A DNA stretch of 39,575 bases from a virus (IMGVR_UViG_3300030376_005037:1-39575); one strand, 5' to 3'; shown: positions 27,759-35,101, counted from the first letter of the stretch. Notes: generated from the sequence alone by a model not told the origin. Made by a program: numbers and translations.

Positions 27759-28173
27759 ATAAGTCTGCCTCAGCTTGTCTTCTTCTAGTAAGTCCTTCGA
27801 GGACTTTCCCACCTGCTTTGTTCCATCTCATAATTTGAGCAGGAACTCCTGCATAGTCGCCTGAGTTTAATACTTTAAGTAGTGTACTTGATTTTAAGTT
27901 TCCACCTCCTAAATTATAAACCCACGATACTAATGCGTCATATTGATTTTGATTTAATGGCACGCTTACTAAAGTGTTTACATAGTTTTCGTACTCATGT
28001 AGTTCTTCTACTAACATTTCATCTGCTTGTTGCTCTGTAATTACATCGCCTTCTTGCACACCTTTAATATGTCCGTAGCCTATAGTCCAAACGCCTGCTG
28101 GACATTTATACGCTTTTAGTTCACACCCTTCAAAGTGTTTGATTAAATCGATTCCATTTTGACTTGTATTCAT
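27748..28173 (-). CDS. Lysozyme / endolysin (GH24)
   Basis: FEG..L.AY.CPAGVWTIGYGH, QYDALVS..YNLG, GL.RRR.AE motifs; start taken at MNTSQNG. Confidence 0.95.
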   Translation of the reverse strand: MNTSQNGIDLIKHFEGCELKAYKCPAGVWTIGYGHIKGVQEGDVITEQQADEMLVEELHEYENYVNTLVSVPLNQNQYDALVSWVYNLGGGNLKSSTLLKVLNSGDYAGVPAQIMRWNKAGGKVLEGLTRRRQAEADLFGH

Positions 28174-28487
28174 AATTTTTCCATATAAAAGCTTTCGCCA
28201 CAGCCACAGCGTCCACTTTCTTGTTTTTCGTTTTGGATTACAAATTCTTCTTGCACTCCATTTATTTGCCACTCTAGTGTGGCGTCTTTTACATAGTCCC
28301 AACTGAGACTATCTACTGCTAAGATGTTTTTATATACCACATCAGTTAAATCAGGCATATCTGCATAACTTAACTCATATGTATAGCCACCACATCCTCC
28401 TCCTTTTACGGAGAGACGAACGCCCCAAGCATCGCTTGAGGCAGTTCTCTCTTTTAACTTTGTTAATGCGTCATCTGTTATGTTCAT
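28170..28487 (-). CDS. iscA: A-type Fe-S cluster carrier (IscA/HesB)
   Basis: GGGCGGYTY and CGCGESF motifs. Confidence 0.93.
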   Translation of the reverse strand: MNITDDALTKLKERTASSDAWGVRLSVKGGGCGGYTYELSYADMPDLTDVVYKNILAVDSLSWDYVKDATLEWQINGVQEEFVIQNEKQESGRCGCGESFYMEKL

Positions 28488-28642
28488 AATATAGGCAACA
28501 TTGCTGTATACATAAATCCTATCATGATTCCAAACATAATGACAATTTCACAAGTTTGTCCATCGGGACAGTATTTTGCTTTAATTTCTTGAAACGCTTG
28601 CACACTAGCATAACGATTCAAGAATCGTCTTGCTGTTTGCAT
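28484..28642 (-). CDS. Small membrane protein (52 aa, not in ORF track)
   Basis: MQTARRFLNRYASVQAFQEIKAKYCPDGQTCEIVIMFGIMIGFMYTAMLPIL; AAGGAG RBS and ATGA coupling. Confidence 0.7.
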   Translation of the reverse strand: MQTARRFLNRYASVQAFQEIKAKYCPDGQTCEIVIMFGIMIGFMYTAMLPIL

Positions 28643-28652
28643 TTCGTTCTCC

Positions 28653-29084
28653 TTAGCCTATCTGTATTGTTTTAGGCTTCTCTGCATCAGGTGTATTCAC
28701 CTGTAGGTTAATTACTAATAAACCATTTCTAAACCCTGCATCTGATACTTCTACCCAGTCGCCAAGCGTAAAGACTCTACTAAAGGTTTTACCACTTAAT
28801 CCCTTATGGATGTAGCGTTCCTCATCAGAATCTAACTCTTGCTTCTCATTACCTTCAATGGTAAGCTTATTTTTGTGTTGCTTGATATCAATATGTTCCT
28901 TTTTCCAGCCTGGCAATGCCATCTCGATTCGGTATCCGTCCTCGCCGATAGCTACTAGGTTGTATCTAGGGTAATTACTAAGAGGCGATGTTTCGGCTCT
29001 TCTCGTTAGCTCATTGTGTAAGCGGTCAAATCCGACAAATAGTTTGTCGAAGTCATTAAAGTTTAATGCTGTTAATCCAGTCAT
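28653..29084 (-). CDS. hsp20: Small heat-shock protein (Hsp20 / IbpA-like)
   Basis: VGFDRL, NYPRYNL, HKGLS.K.F.R.F.L, NGLL.I motifs; AGGAG RBS before MTGL. Confidence 0.93.
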   Translation of the reverse strand: MTGLTALNFNDFDKLFVGFDRLHNELTRRAETSPLSNYPRYNLVAIGEDGYRIEMALPGWKKEHIDIKQHKNKLTIEGNEKQELDSDEERYIHKGLSGKTFSRVFTLGDWVEVSDAGFRNGLLVINLQVNTPDAEKPKTIQIG

Positions 29085-29100
29085 TTGGTTCTCCTGTTTT

Positions 29101-29141
29101 GCGTCCTTTCGGCACGCGCTGTGAACTCCTTTCGGTAGTTC
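29101..29141 (-). promoter_or_regulatory. Tandem bulged CC-GAAA-GG hairpins in the hsp20 5' UTR
   Basis: GAACT-A-CC-GAAA-GG-AGTTC and GCGT-G-CC-GAAA-GG-ACGC immediately upstream of the RBS. Confidence 0.65.
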
Positions 29142-29312
29142 GGTTAATATAAATATGTCTTGCAAAAACCCGCTCACTGGTGGAAGTGAGACTCCTACCT
29201 CGCCCTCGGAAAGCTTTGTTTCCTACTCGTGCCAGACATAGTAGGTATTTGTTTTGGCAGTTCCTACTTCTGCGCGTAAAATCACTGTGAAATTTTTAAA
29301 TTTCACTATATA

Positions 29313-29341
29313 ATTATACCAAAATTACACCACTTTGTCAA
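29313..29341 (-). promoter_or_regulatory. Sigma70 promoter for the hsp20 operon
   Basis: TTGACA-17-TATAAT. Confidence 0.88.
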
Positions 29342-29351
29342 GAATTATTTT

Positions 29352-29480
29352 TCAGTCGTCAAAGTCGATGTCTCCTTTTTGCTTTAGATAATCTAATGTG
29401 TTTCCTATTCCAACTCTGCGTCCCACATTAAACATAATGTGTCCACTAGCTAAGCCTGTGAATATAATCCAAGCTGTCAT
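29352..29480 (-). CDS. Small membrane protein (42 aa, not in ORF track)
   Basis: MTAWIIFTGLASGHIMFNVGRRVGIGNTLDYLKQKGDIDFDD; ATGA coupling. Confidence 0.6.
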   Translation of the reverse strand: MTAWIIFTGLASGHIMFNVGRRVGIGNTLDYLKQKGDIDFDD

Positions 29481-29773
29481 TTGCCAATCCATTTCACATC
29501 TCCTTTAGGAATTACTTGGTAAGCTCCTTTGTTATAAGCTGGAGCTACAGTATAACCCTTACTAATCTCTAACCTTTCTTCTTTGGAAAGTATATCACTT
29601 TCATACTTAGGTTTACTACTAGGTTTAAGACTAGGCACTACTGGAGTTGTGTCTGGCTTTTTAAAATTTTTCTTTTGTTGTGCTACAAACTTAGGGCGTG
29701 CCTTAGTTTTGTAAGCATTTGTTTTTCTTTTGCGACCACTCGGAGAGTATCGCATACTGCCTTGTATTATCAT
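29477..29773 (-). CDS. Conserved basic phage protein
   Basis: YTVAPAYNKGAYQVI motif recurrent in phage hypotheticals. Confidence 0.75.
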   Translation of the reverse strand: MIIQGSMRYSPSGRKRKTNAYKTKARPKFVAQQKKNFKKPDTTPVVPSLKPSSKPKYESDILSKEERLEISKGYTVAPAYNKGAYQVIPKGDVKWIGK

Positions 29774-30405
29774 TGTAATATATCCACTATTTTTGTGATA
29801 AGTGCTAGTCGTCCAGCTTTCTTATCGTTATAATCTATACTGTGCCACTCACCAAGTGTAGTGAATACTCTTTCTTTGAGAATAGTCATCTGGTCATACT
29901 TTGAAAGGGCAACAGCGTCGTTCGGTGAAAACTTCCATTTTGTGAGGGGAGAACTCTGTCTTGCACCAATCCGAATAGCTTGTTCTTCTTCTGAAATACT
30001 AAGCCATAGTTTGATGAAAGTAATATCTTTTTGTTTGCTCTCCCACTCCAAAACTTTATCCATGAACTTGTTGTATTGCTTGTCTGTGCACCAGCCGTTC
30101 AACTTCTGAACCATAGCACGGGAGTACCAGCTTCTGTCATAGAAAACTATTTGGTTATCACTAGGCAACTTCTTCTTCCAAGACTTGAGCCAGTGCTTCA
30201 TGTCCCATGCGCTAGGTTTGCTACTTAGGGAGATTGAGTACTTGCTTGTTGGAAGGTAGTGCGTAAGCTCACGAATAGTTCCTGTTTTACCAGCTGTGTC
30301 GCGTCCTTCTAAAATTACTGCAACTCTGCCGAAATCTTTCTCTACGATTTGATTGAGCAGAATTTGTTGTTCTTCTAATTTGGTTATGTTCATTTCTTTT
30401 TTCAT
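29770..30405 (-). CDS. ppk2: Polyphosphate kinase 2
   Basis: EGRDTAGKTGTI, YDRSWYSR, KLWLSIS.EEQ, KWKFSPND motifs. Confidence 0.93.
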   Translation of the reverse strand: MKKEMNITKLEEQQILLNQIVEKDFGRVAVILEGRDTAGKTGTIRELTHYLPTSKYSISLSSKPSAWDMKHWLKSWKKKLPSDNQIVFYDRSWYSRAMVQKLNGWCTDKQYNKFMDKVLEWESKQKDITFIKLWLSISEEEQAIRIGARQSSPLTKWKFSPNDAVALSKYDQMTILKERVFTTLGEWHSIDYNDKKAGRLALITKIVDILQ

Positions 30406-30411
30406 ACCTAT

Positions 30412-30440
30412 ATTATACTAAAATATAAGCGCCAGGTCAA
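30412..30440 (-). promoter_or_regulatory. Sigma70 promoter for ppk2
   Basis: TTGACC-17-TATAAT; ATG 6 nt downstream. Confidence 0.82.
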
Positions 30441-30471
30441 GAAATTTTTGAAGAGCAGTTGAAAATAGTTC

Positions 30472-30500
30472 TTGACTTCTGCTCTCTATTTTGGTATAAT
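30472..30500 (+). promoter_or_regulatory. Divergent sigma70 promoter for the HTH-rpsU cassette
   Basis: TTGACT-17-TATAAT; ATG 6 nt downstream. Confidence 0.85.
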
Positions 30501-30506
30501 AGTCAT

Positions 30507-30689
30507 ATGAAAATTACAAATAACAAGTGGACTGATTCGGAAGTCCGCCTACTCAAAAAGGAATATGGTAAAGCGAATACTAGCGATCTCGCTGTTCGTC
30601 TCAAGAAGACGCCGACTGCCATTTATTCCAAAGTTCAATACCTACGCAAACGAGGCTGGACTTTTGATTCCACTCGAAGGCGTAAATGA
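30507..30689 (+). CDS. Small Myb/GcrA-like HTH protein
   Basis: KWTDSEVRLLK..Y.....DLA.RL.KT..AIYSK pattern. Confidence 0.75.
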   Translation: MKITNNKWTDSEVRLLKKEYGKANTSDLAVRLKKTPTAIYSKVQYLRKRGWTFDSTRRRK

Positions 30690-30925
30690 GAAGAAAGCAA
30701 AATAACTCAAATTACAACTTTGACAGGCTACTGAGAAATTTCAGAAACAAAGTCAAACGAAGTGGACTAATGGACGATATAAGGAAAAAAGAGTATTACG
30801 AGAAGCCAGCACAACGAAAACAAAGGCTCAAAAACGCTGCCAAGCGGAGAGAAGCAAAGCGAAATAAAGAAACTCAACTTCAACCATTGAGGTTAAAGGA
30901 TCGCCTACCCTTCAGAAAACGATAA
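30686..30925 (+). CDS. rpsU: 30S ribosomal protein bS21
   Basis: FDRLLRNFRNKVKRSGLMDDIRKKEYYEKPAQRKQR...AAKRR. Confidence 0.88.
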   Translation: MRRKQNNSNYNFDRLLRNFRNKVKRSGLMDDIRKKEYYEKPAQRKQRLKNAAKRREAKRNKETQLQPLRLKDRLPFRKR

Positions 30926-31005
30926 CTACATCAAAAATTACACTTTTTTATGTTAAATGAAACTCGCACAGACCATTCCTTCAATGACATACCCAAAAAT
31001 TATAC

Positions 31006-31034
31006 TTGCTATTTAGCTAAAATTGTGGTATAAT
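31006..31034 (+). promoter_or_regulatory. Sigma70 promoter with no downstream ORF
   Basis: TTGCTA-17-TATAAT with TG extension. Confidence 0.75.
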
Positions 31035-31040
31035 ATATAC

Positions 31041-31229
31041 AATAATTGATAATAACAAAGATAACTGATATTCATACAATTCAACAAAACCTAACTAAAG
31101 AGCATCACATGAGAGACAGCTCTTCCTCAGAAGAGATGGCTCGATATCTGATGTCTCTGTTAAAATGTTGTTATTATGCGATTAAATCAATCATATTGAC
31201 CACGATATAAACTTTATAAGCGGGGTCAA
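31041..31229 (+). ncRNA. Candidate structured small RNA
   Basis: Own promoter; nested stems (ATAATAACAA/TTGTTATTAT, AGAG-CATCA/TGATG-CTCT, CTCTT/AAGAG) then a TTGACC/GGTCAA hairpin; no ORF. Confidence 0.45.
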
Positions 31230-31402
31230 CAACACTAAAACTAATTGAGTACAAAACCATCAAGTTTCCCACCTAAAGAATCTCAATAACTTCCCCCAAT
31301 TCAAAATTTTTAATTACCTACTTACCTTAATTGACTGCCTTAATTTACAACTATGCTGTCGTAAACTGCGTACAATTTGCCCCTAGCTTACTTACTTTAG
31401 CG

Positions 31403-31472
31403 ACCCCGCTACGGTTTAGTTAAGGTTTAGCGTTTCGATTGGGTTGAACAACCCCGCTACGGTTTAGTTAAG
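31403..31472. repeat. 22-bp direct repeat x2
   Basis: ACCCCGCTACGGTTTAGTTAAG at 31403-31424 and 31451-31472. Confidence 0.9.
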
Positions 31473-31473
31473 A

Positions 31474-31755
31474 TTACCACTTATCTTGATTTACTCCTCT
31501 AGTATTAAAAGTTCCCTTTGGTTTCGATTTTGAATAATCGTAGGGAACTGAGACAGCATATGGGTCATGTAAGCCTTTACCTACCCACTTAAATTGATTA
31601 TATACTGTGCTAGTATTTACATGGTCAAAGTATCTAACTACGCAGGTTTTCTCATTTTCTGCGTAGTTTTCTACTTCTTCGTAAGTTCCATACACTAGCT
31701 GTCCGTCTTGAAGCTTAGCTAATTCAATCCCTGTAGGCAGTTTGACCTCCATCAA
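31474..31755 (-). CDS. Hypothetical protein
   Basis: Last ORF of a tightly packed operon. Confidence 0.7.
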   Translation of the reverse strand: MMEVKLPTGIELAKLQDGQLVYGTYEEVENYAENEKTCVVRYFDHVNTSTVYNQFKWVGKGLHDPYAVSVPYDYSKSKPKGTFNTRGVNQDKW

Positions 31756-31993
31756 TTTTCATAAACTCATCTACCGATAGTTCTTCACTAGAATCAATCC
31801 ATTGCGAATCGATTTGAACTTCTTGTTCTTCTACTTCTCTGATTTCCACATTTTCGTGGTGTTCTCCACAGCAATAGTCATCTAAAAACTCTTCTGCTTG
31901 TTTTTCAGTTTCACAAACTATCTCTAGTTCTTCTACTACAAATACTGTTTTTTCTACTTTTGCTATATACTTTTTCATTACATGGTCAGCCAT
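31724..31993 (-). CDS. Hypothetical acidic protein
   Basis: GGAGG RBS. Confidence 0.7.
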   Translation of the reverse strand: MADHVMKKYIAKVEKTVFVVEELEIVCETEKQAEEFLDDYCCGEHHENVEIREVEEQEVQIDSQWIDSSEELSVDEFMKIDGGQTAYRD

Positions 31994-32324
31994 TCTGAGC
32001 CTCCAATATTCTTTTAGATACTATTTCGCATAGAAATTTAATATCTTGCTTTGGGGCTTTCTCCAACCCCATAATTTTACTACTATCTATATCTAAGAAC
32101 TCTGCCATTGTCGCCACAATCTCTTGTTTAGTCATTGGCACTTCGCCAGTTTTAGTTTTATAGATTTGTTTTTGATACACGCCTTCGCGTGATAGTTTAC
32201 CTATGATAGATTTTACACTCTTATTGTACCTTTCCGCTAGATTATCTACTGTTTCTCTACTTGGATTGGTCATGTAGGCTTGAGTCATTTCTTCTACCTG
32301 TTCGCTTGTATAGTTAGCCGCCAT
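31986..32324 (-). CDS. T5 A2/D3-family DNA-binding protein
   Basis: NYT.EQ...M...Y..NP.RETV..LA....KSVKSIIGKLSREGVY; paralog of 35206-35526. Confidence 0.75.
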   Translation of the reverse strand: MAANYTSEQVEEMTQAYMTNPSRETVDNLAERYNKSVKSIIGKLSREGVYQKQIYKTKTGEVPMTKQEIVATMAEFLDIDSSKIMGLEKAPKQDIKFLCEIVSKRILEAQNG

Positions 32325-32533
32325 TATTTATAATATAAATTTAAGCCTAAGAAGCAGTCTACATTGATGCCTACATCTAATTTTGCATTACCGCCGCTAC
32401 TTGCTATTAGTGTTGTCTTACCACTTGCGCTAGGCCCAAGCTCTTTCTTTGTGTCGATTTGTATGGTTAGTATGCCATCTCTATCAACATGATAGTCTAT
32501 GCTATCTTCTTTACCCATTTTTATAAAGTCCAT
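32324..32533 (-). CDS. Conserved small hypothetical protein
   Basis: LTI.ID...LGPSASGKT.LIASSGGN motif; GAGGA RBS. Confidence 0.7.
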   Translation of the reverse strand: MDFIKMGKEDSIDYHVDRDGILTIQIDTKKELGPSASGKTTLIASSGGNAKLDVGINVDCFLGLNLYYK

Positions 32534-32958
32534 TATTTGTCCTCTGGTTTATCTTTGTTAATATTAAGGTCGAGCGTTAGTTGGACTACTGCGTCCTCTA
32601 ACTCTTTAGCCATGTTTAACATTTTATTGCCTAGCTCGTCCAACTCTGATTTTGGTTCGTCTGGTATATCGAAGTCGGGAGTGAACTCAAAGTCATCTCC
32701 CCATTCGTTTTCAAAATCCATTACTGGTTTCTCTCCAGCACTAAAAAAGTTTTCTCCATTCATGATAGCAAACTCTTTTAGAATACTTTCTGCCTCTTCA
32801 TGATTCTTTGCTAGTGAGTTCTTTAAATAAGCAATATCATCTTCGATATACTTATTCTCTATATCAATCTCATCTATTCTAGCCTGCATCATTCTTACTT
32901 TTTGTTTTTGGCTTTGTTCCTTTTTATTTGGGAACTGAATAATATTATCTTTTGCCAT
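32533..32958 (-). CDS. Hypothetical acidic coiled-coil protein
   Basis: AAGGAG RBS before MAKDNIIQFP. Confidence 0.7.
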   Translation of the reverse strand: MAKDNIIQFPNKKEQSQKQKVRMMQARIDEIDIENKYIEDDIAYLKNSLAKNHEEAESILKEFAIMNGENFFSAGEKPVMDFENEWGDDFEFTPDFDIPDEPKSELDELGNKMLNMAKELEDAVVQLTLDLNINKDKPEDK

Positions 32959-33271
32959 CAATGGTCTCCTTTGTCGCTGCAAAGTTTACAAATACAGAAC
33001 CTAGTTCCATACCCTTTCGTTTTGCTACTCCTTCCAATAGGTTTTCTACTTTGGCTATAGCTTCTTCTTCGGTAGCGGCATTGACTATAAAATCTTCGCC
33101 TTCTTTACAATCTAGCGAATAATCTACATTGAGTAGCCACTTCTGACTGCCTACTACTGTGCCATCGCCTGTTCTAACTATGCCATCATTTTGTGATACG
33201 GATAGCTGATTCATTTCAAAAATTGTTTTGGCTGCCTTTGTTGGTTTGGCATTTGCTGGTTTGTCATACAT
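32945..33271 (-). CDS. Hypothetical protein
   Basis: GGAGG RBS and TAATG coupling. Confidence 0.7.
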   Translation of the reverse strand: MYDKPANAKPTKAAKTIFEMNQLSVSQNDGIVRTGDGTVVGSQKWLLNVDYSLDCKEGEDFIVNAATEEEAIAKVENLLEGVAKRKGMELGSVFVNFAATKETIDGKR

Positions 33272-33570
33272 TACGCAAACCTCCCACCATTCTTTTTAGC
33301 ATAATCTAATAATGCTTGTCTTGTTCTCTCTATCTGCTCGCCATTTACAACATAAACTGTTTTGATACCTCTACGAGCAAGCTCGTTTCTGTACTTAGTT
33401 CTGTGTTTTGGTTTAGTTCTGCTACTGTTAATAGCCTCGAGCAATGTTTCTACGCTTTGGCATTTTAAGTAGTGATGTTGCCACTTTTTAACTTTTGGCT
33501 GAGTGCTCATTCTCGCACCTCTAGCGTTTTTAGCATATACCCTGTCGCTTGGTTTGAATTTAGCTGGCAT
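33271..33570 (-). CDS. Basic hypothetical protein
   Basis: AGGAG RBS; PK.R.K.RNEL.RRG motif. Confidence 0.7.
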   Translation of the reverse strand: MPAKFKPSDRVYAKNARGARMSTQPKVKKWQHHYLKCQSVETLLEAINSSRTKPKHRTKYRNELARRGIKTVYVVNGEQIERTRQALLDYAKKNGGRFA

Positions 33571-33733
33571 CTTGTTCTCCTGTAATTTGATTGTCTTGTA
33601 TTTGAAATGCTATCTTGTCAGATAACTCCTGTGCTAGTTGAGGTTCTTTCTTGACTAACAGATGTACTAGCCCATCTGTGTCTATTGTTTTTATTAAGCG
33701 AACCCCTAACTCTGTGCCATAATCAATAATCAT
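33560..33733 (-). CDS. Small protein (57 aa, not in ORF track)
   Basis: MIIDYGTELGVRLIKTIDTDGLVHLLVKKEPQLAQELSDKIAFQIQDNQITGEQDAS; GGAGG upstream. Confidence 0.6.
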   Translation of the reverse strand: MIIDYGTELGVRLIKTIDTDGLVHLLVKKEPQLAQELSDKIAFQIQDNQITGEQDAS

Positions 33734-33908
33734 TGTGCTTCTGAGCCTCCCTGATTGGTTTCATATGTCTTTCATGTCTGTCCCACGCATCTTCTTCGAG
33801 AGGCAAGTCGTCTATAGGTTTACTACTTAGTTTTGCTACTAGGTGGTTCCACAAGCGTCTGGCATTTCTGCGTTTGATAGCGTTTGCTAATGTTTTTCTT
33901 CGCGCCAT
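33723..33908 (-). CDS. Hypothetical protein
   Basis: AAGGAG RBS and TAATG coupling. Confidence 0.7.
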   Translation of the reverse strand: MARRKTLANAIKRRNARRLWNHLVAKLSSKPIDDLPLEEDAWDRHERHMKPIREAQKHNDY

Positions 33909-34141
33909 TACTTGTTTCTCCTTACGCCTACTGCGTAAACTCTCTCTGGACTTGTTCCTACTGTGCTTTCTGGCTCAACGATAACTGCTTTAGCATCTAC
34001 TGTTTGAATGTTTGTGCCATCGCAGTAGCCTACTAGCTTTCTTCTTTTGATTTCTTGTCTTGCTAGTTTGCCATCGGAGTCTTGTTGAAAACGCATAGCA
34101 TGAAGTTGTTTGTCTGTTTTGGTTAAAAATGTTAAGTTCAT
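33908..34141 (-). CDS. Hypothetical protein
   Basis: AGGAG RBS before MNLTFL; the longer track ORF runs through the promoter. Confidence 0.7.
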   Translation of the reverse strand: MNLTFLTKTDKQLHAMRFQQDSDGKLARQEIKRRKLVGYCDGTNIQTVDAKAVIVEPESTVGTSPERVYAVGVRRNK

Positions 34142-34187
34142 GTCGCTTCTCCTGTTGAAATTTTTTGTTATTTTTTTAATTATGTAT

Positions 34188-34216
34188 ATTATATCACGCG
34201 ACAAGGGTATTGTCAA
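34188..34216 (-). promoter_or_regulatory. Sigma70 promoter
   Basis: TTGACA-17-TATAAT. Confidence 0.88.
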
Positions 34217-34237
34217 GAACTATTTTTCACTAGGCAT

Positions 34238-34264
34238 AAAAAAACCCAGCACATTGGCTGGGTT
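34238..34264 (-). terminator. Intrinsic terminator closing the large non-coding unit
   Basis: AACCCAGC-CAATGT-GCTGGGTT running into T7 on the minus strand. Confidence 0.88.
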
Positions 34265-35066
34265 CAAAGTTTTTGATTCGCACTTCATATCTAGTTCATC
34301 AATTACTCGTGCGTGCCTGCTTGCGTGAACAAAAGTCTTACGGCTTAGAGGTTTTGACACTTCACATAGGTACGCTATGTTCCTGATGCCTGTTTGAGTT
34401 CTCCTCAGTAAGTCTCAGCGAGCAGTGAATATATTAGGGATAAAGCTCTCCGCGTATGACTTCGCCCATTTGTTATTTACTTCACTCGTCTTTTTTATAT
34501 TGACTACCTACTTTGGGAGGGCATGCCCAAGCCAATCTTTCGGATAGTCATAGCTTATCATTTCTGTTTCGTCTAAGCCAGCAACGAATATGTTATTATA
34601 TCGCATACTGAGTGGGGAGAGATAGTCTTTCCACTCGCTATCCATAATGGTCTCGCTGAGTATGAGAGCAAGATTTCGTTCTGCTAGACGCTGGTGTTGT
34701 TATGTTTACTACTGGTCACGCCAACAAGCCTCTGTAGGTTTGGTCAGCGAAGATTTACTACTAATTTATCCTGCCTATCATAGCCAGAGGCTAAGGACTT
34801 ATGGTAGGGAATAGATTTACTACTTTGCTGTCCGAGCATTCCGCTCCCGAGATAATGTCGTTGTATCTACGGCTCAATCACGCTGCACTTGCGCTGTGCA
34901 GGTCGGCAAACACTTATCGTATGTCTACTGACGCCTACTCCTTTGACTTGTGCCTCGTATGTAGGTTAAGGCATTGAGAATGAGTAGAGGAGTGTATTTA
35001 TTGGCTATTGCTCAATCATAAAGCCCGAAGGCTATTTTTTACTCTTGGTCTCTTTTCTCAATTTCT
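34238..35066 (-). ncRNA. Candidate large (~830 nt) structured non-coding RNA
   Basis: Perfect promoter and terminator bracket a region with no - strand ORF of 60 aa or more, higher GC, many nested stems and three AGUAGUAAA motifs. Confidence 0.7.
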
Positions 35067-35072
35067 GTATAT

Positions 35073-35101
35073 ATTATACAAAATTTTGAACGCCATGTCA
35101 A
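35073..35101 (-). promoter_or_regulatory. Sigma70 promoter for the large RNA
   Basis: TTGACA-17-TATAAT with A/T-rich UP region. Confidence 0.9.

Noticed and set aside
29170-29200. tRNA/tmRNA 3' end (CCACCA on the - strand)
   Set aside because: No T-arm GTTCRA or acceptor stem; no tRNA was recognised anywhere in the window.
32405-32440. P-loop in GPSASGKT of the 69-aa protein
   Set aside because: The protein is too small for an NTPase fold and has no Walker B.
1741-34328. Numerous + strand ORFs antisense to the - strand genes
   Set aside because: Shadow frames of well-supported genes, with no RBS or motifs.
34327-34350. RNase P RNA 3' motif (ACAAAA...CGGCTTA on the + strand)
   Set aside because: Spacing is wrong, there is no GAGGAAAGTCC partner, and it is on the strand opposite the promoter.
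34508-34645. 45-aa ORF MDSEWKDY... inside the large non-coding unit
   Set aside because: No convincing SD, and it is embedded in long stems; expected by chance, though not formally excluded.
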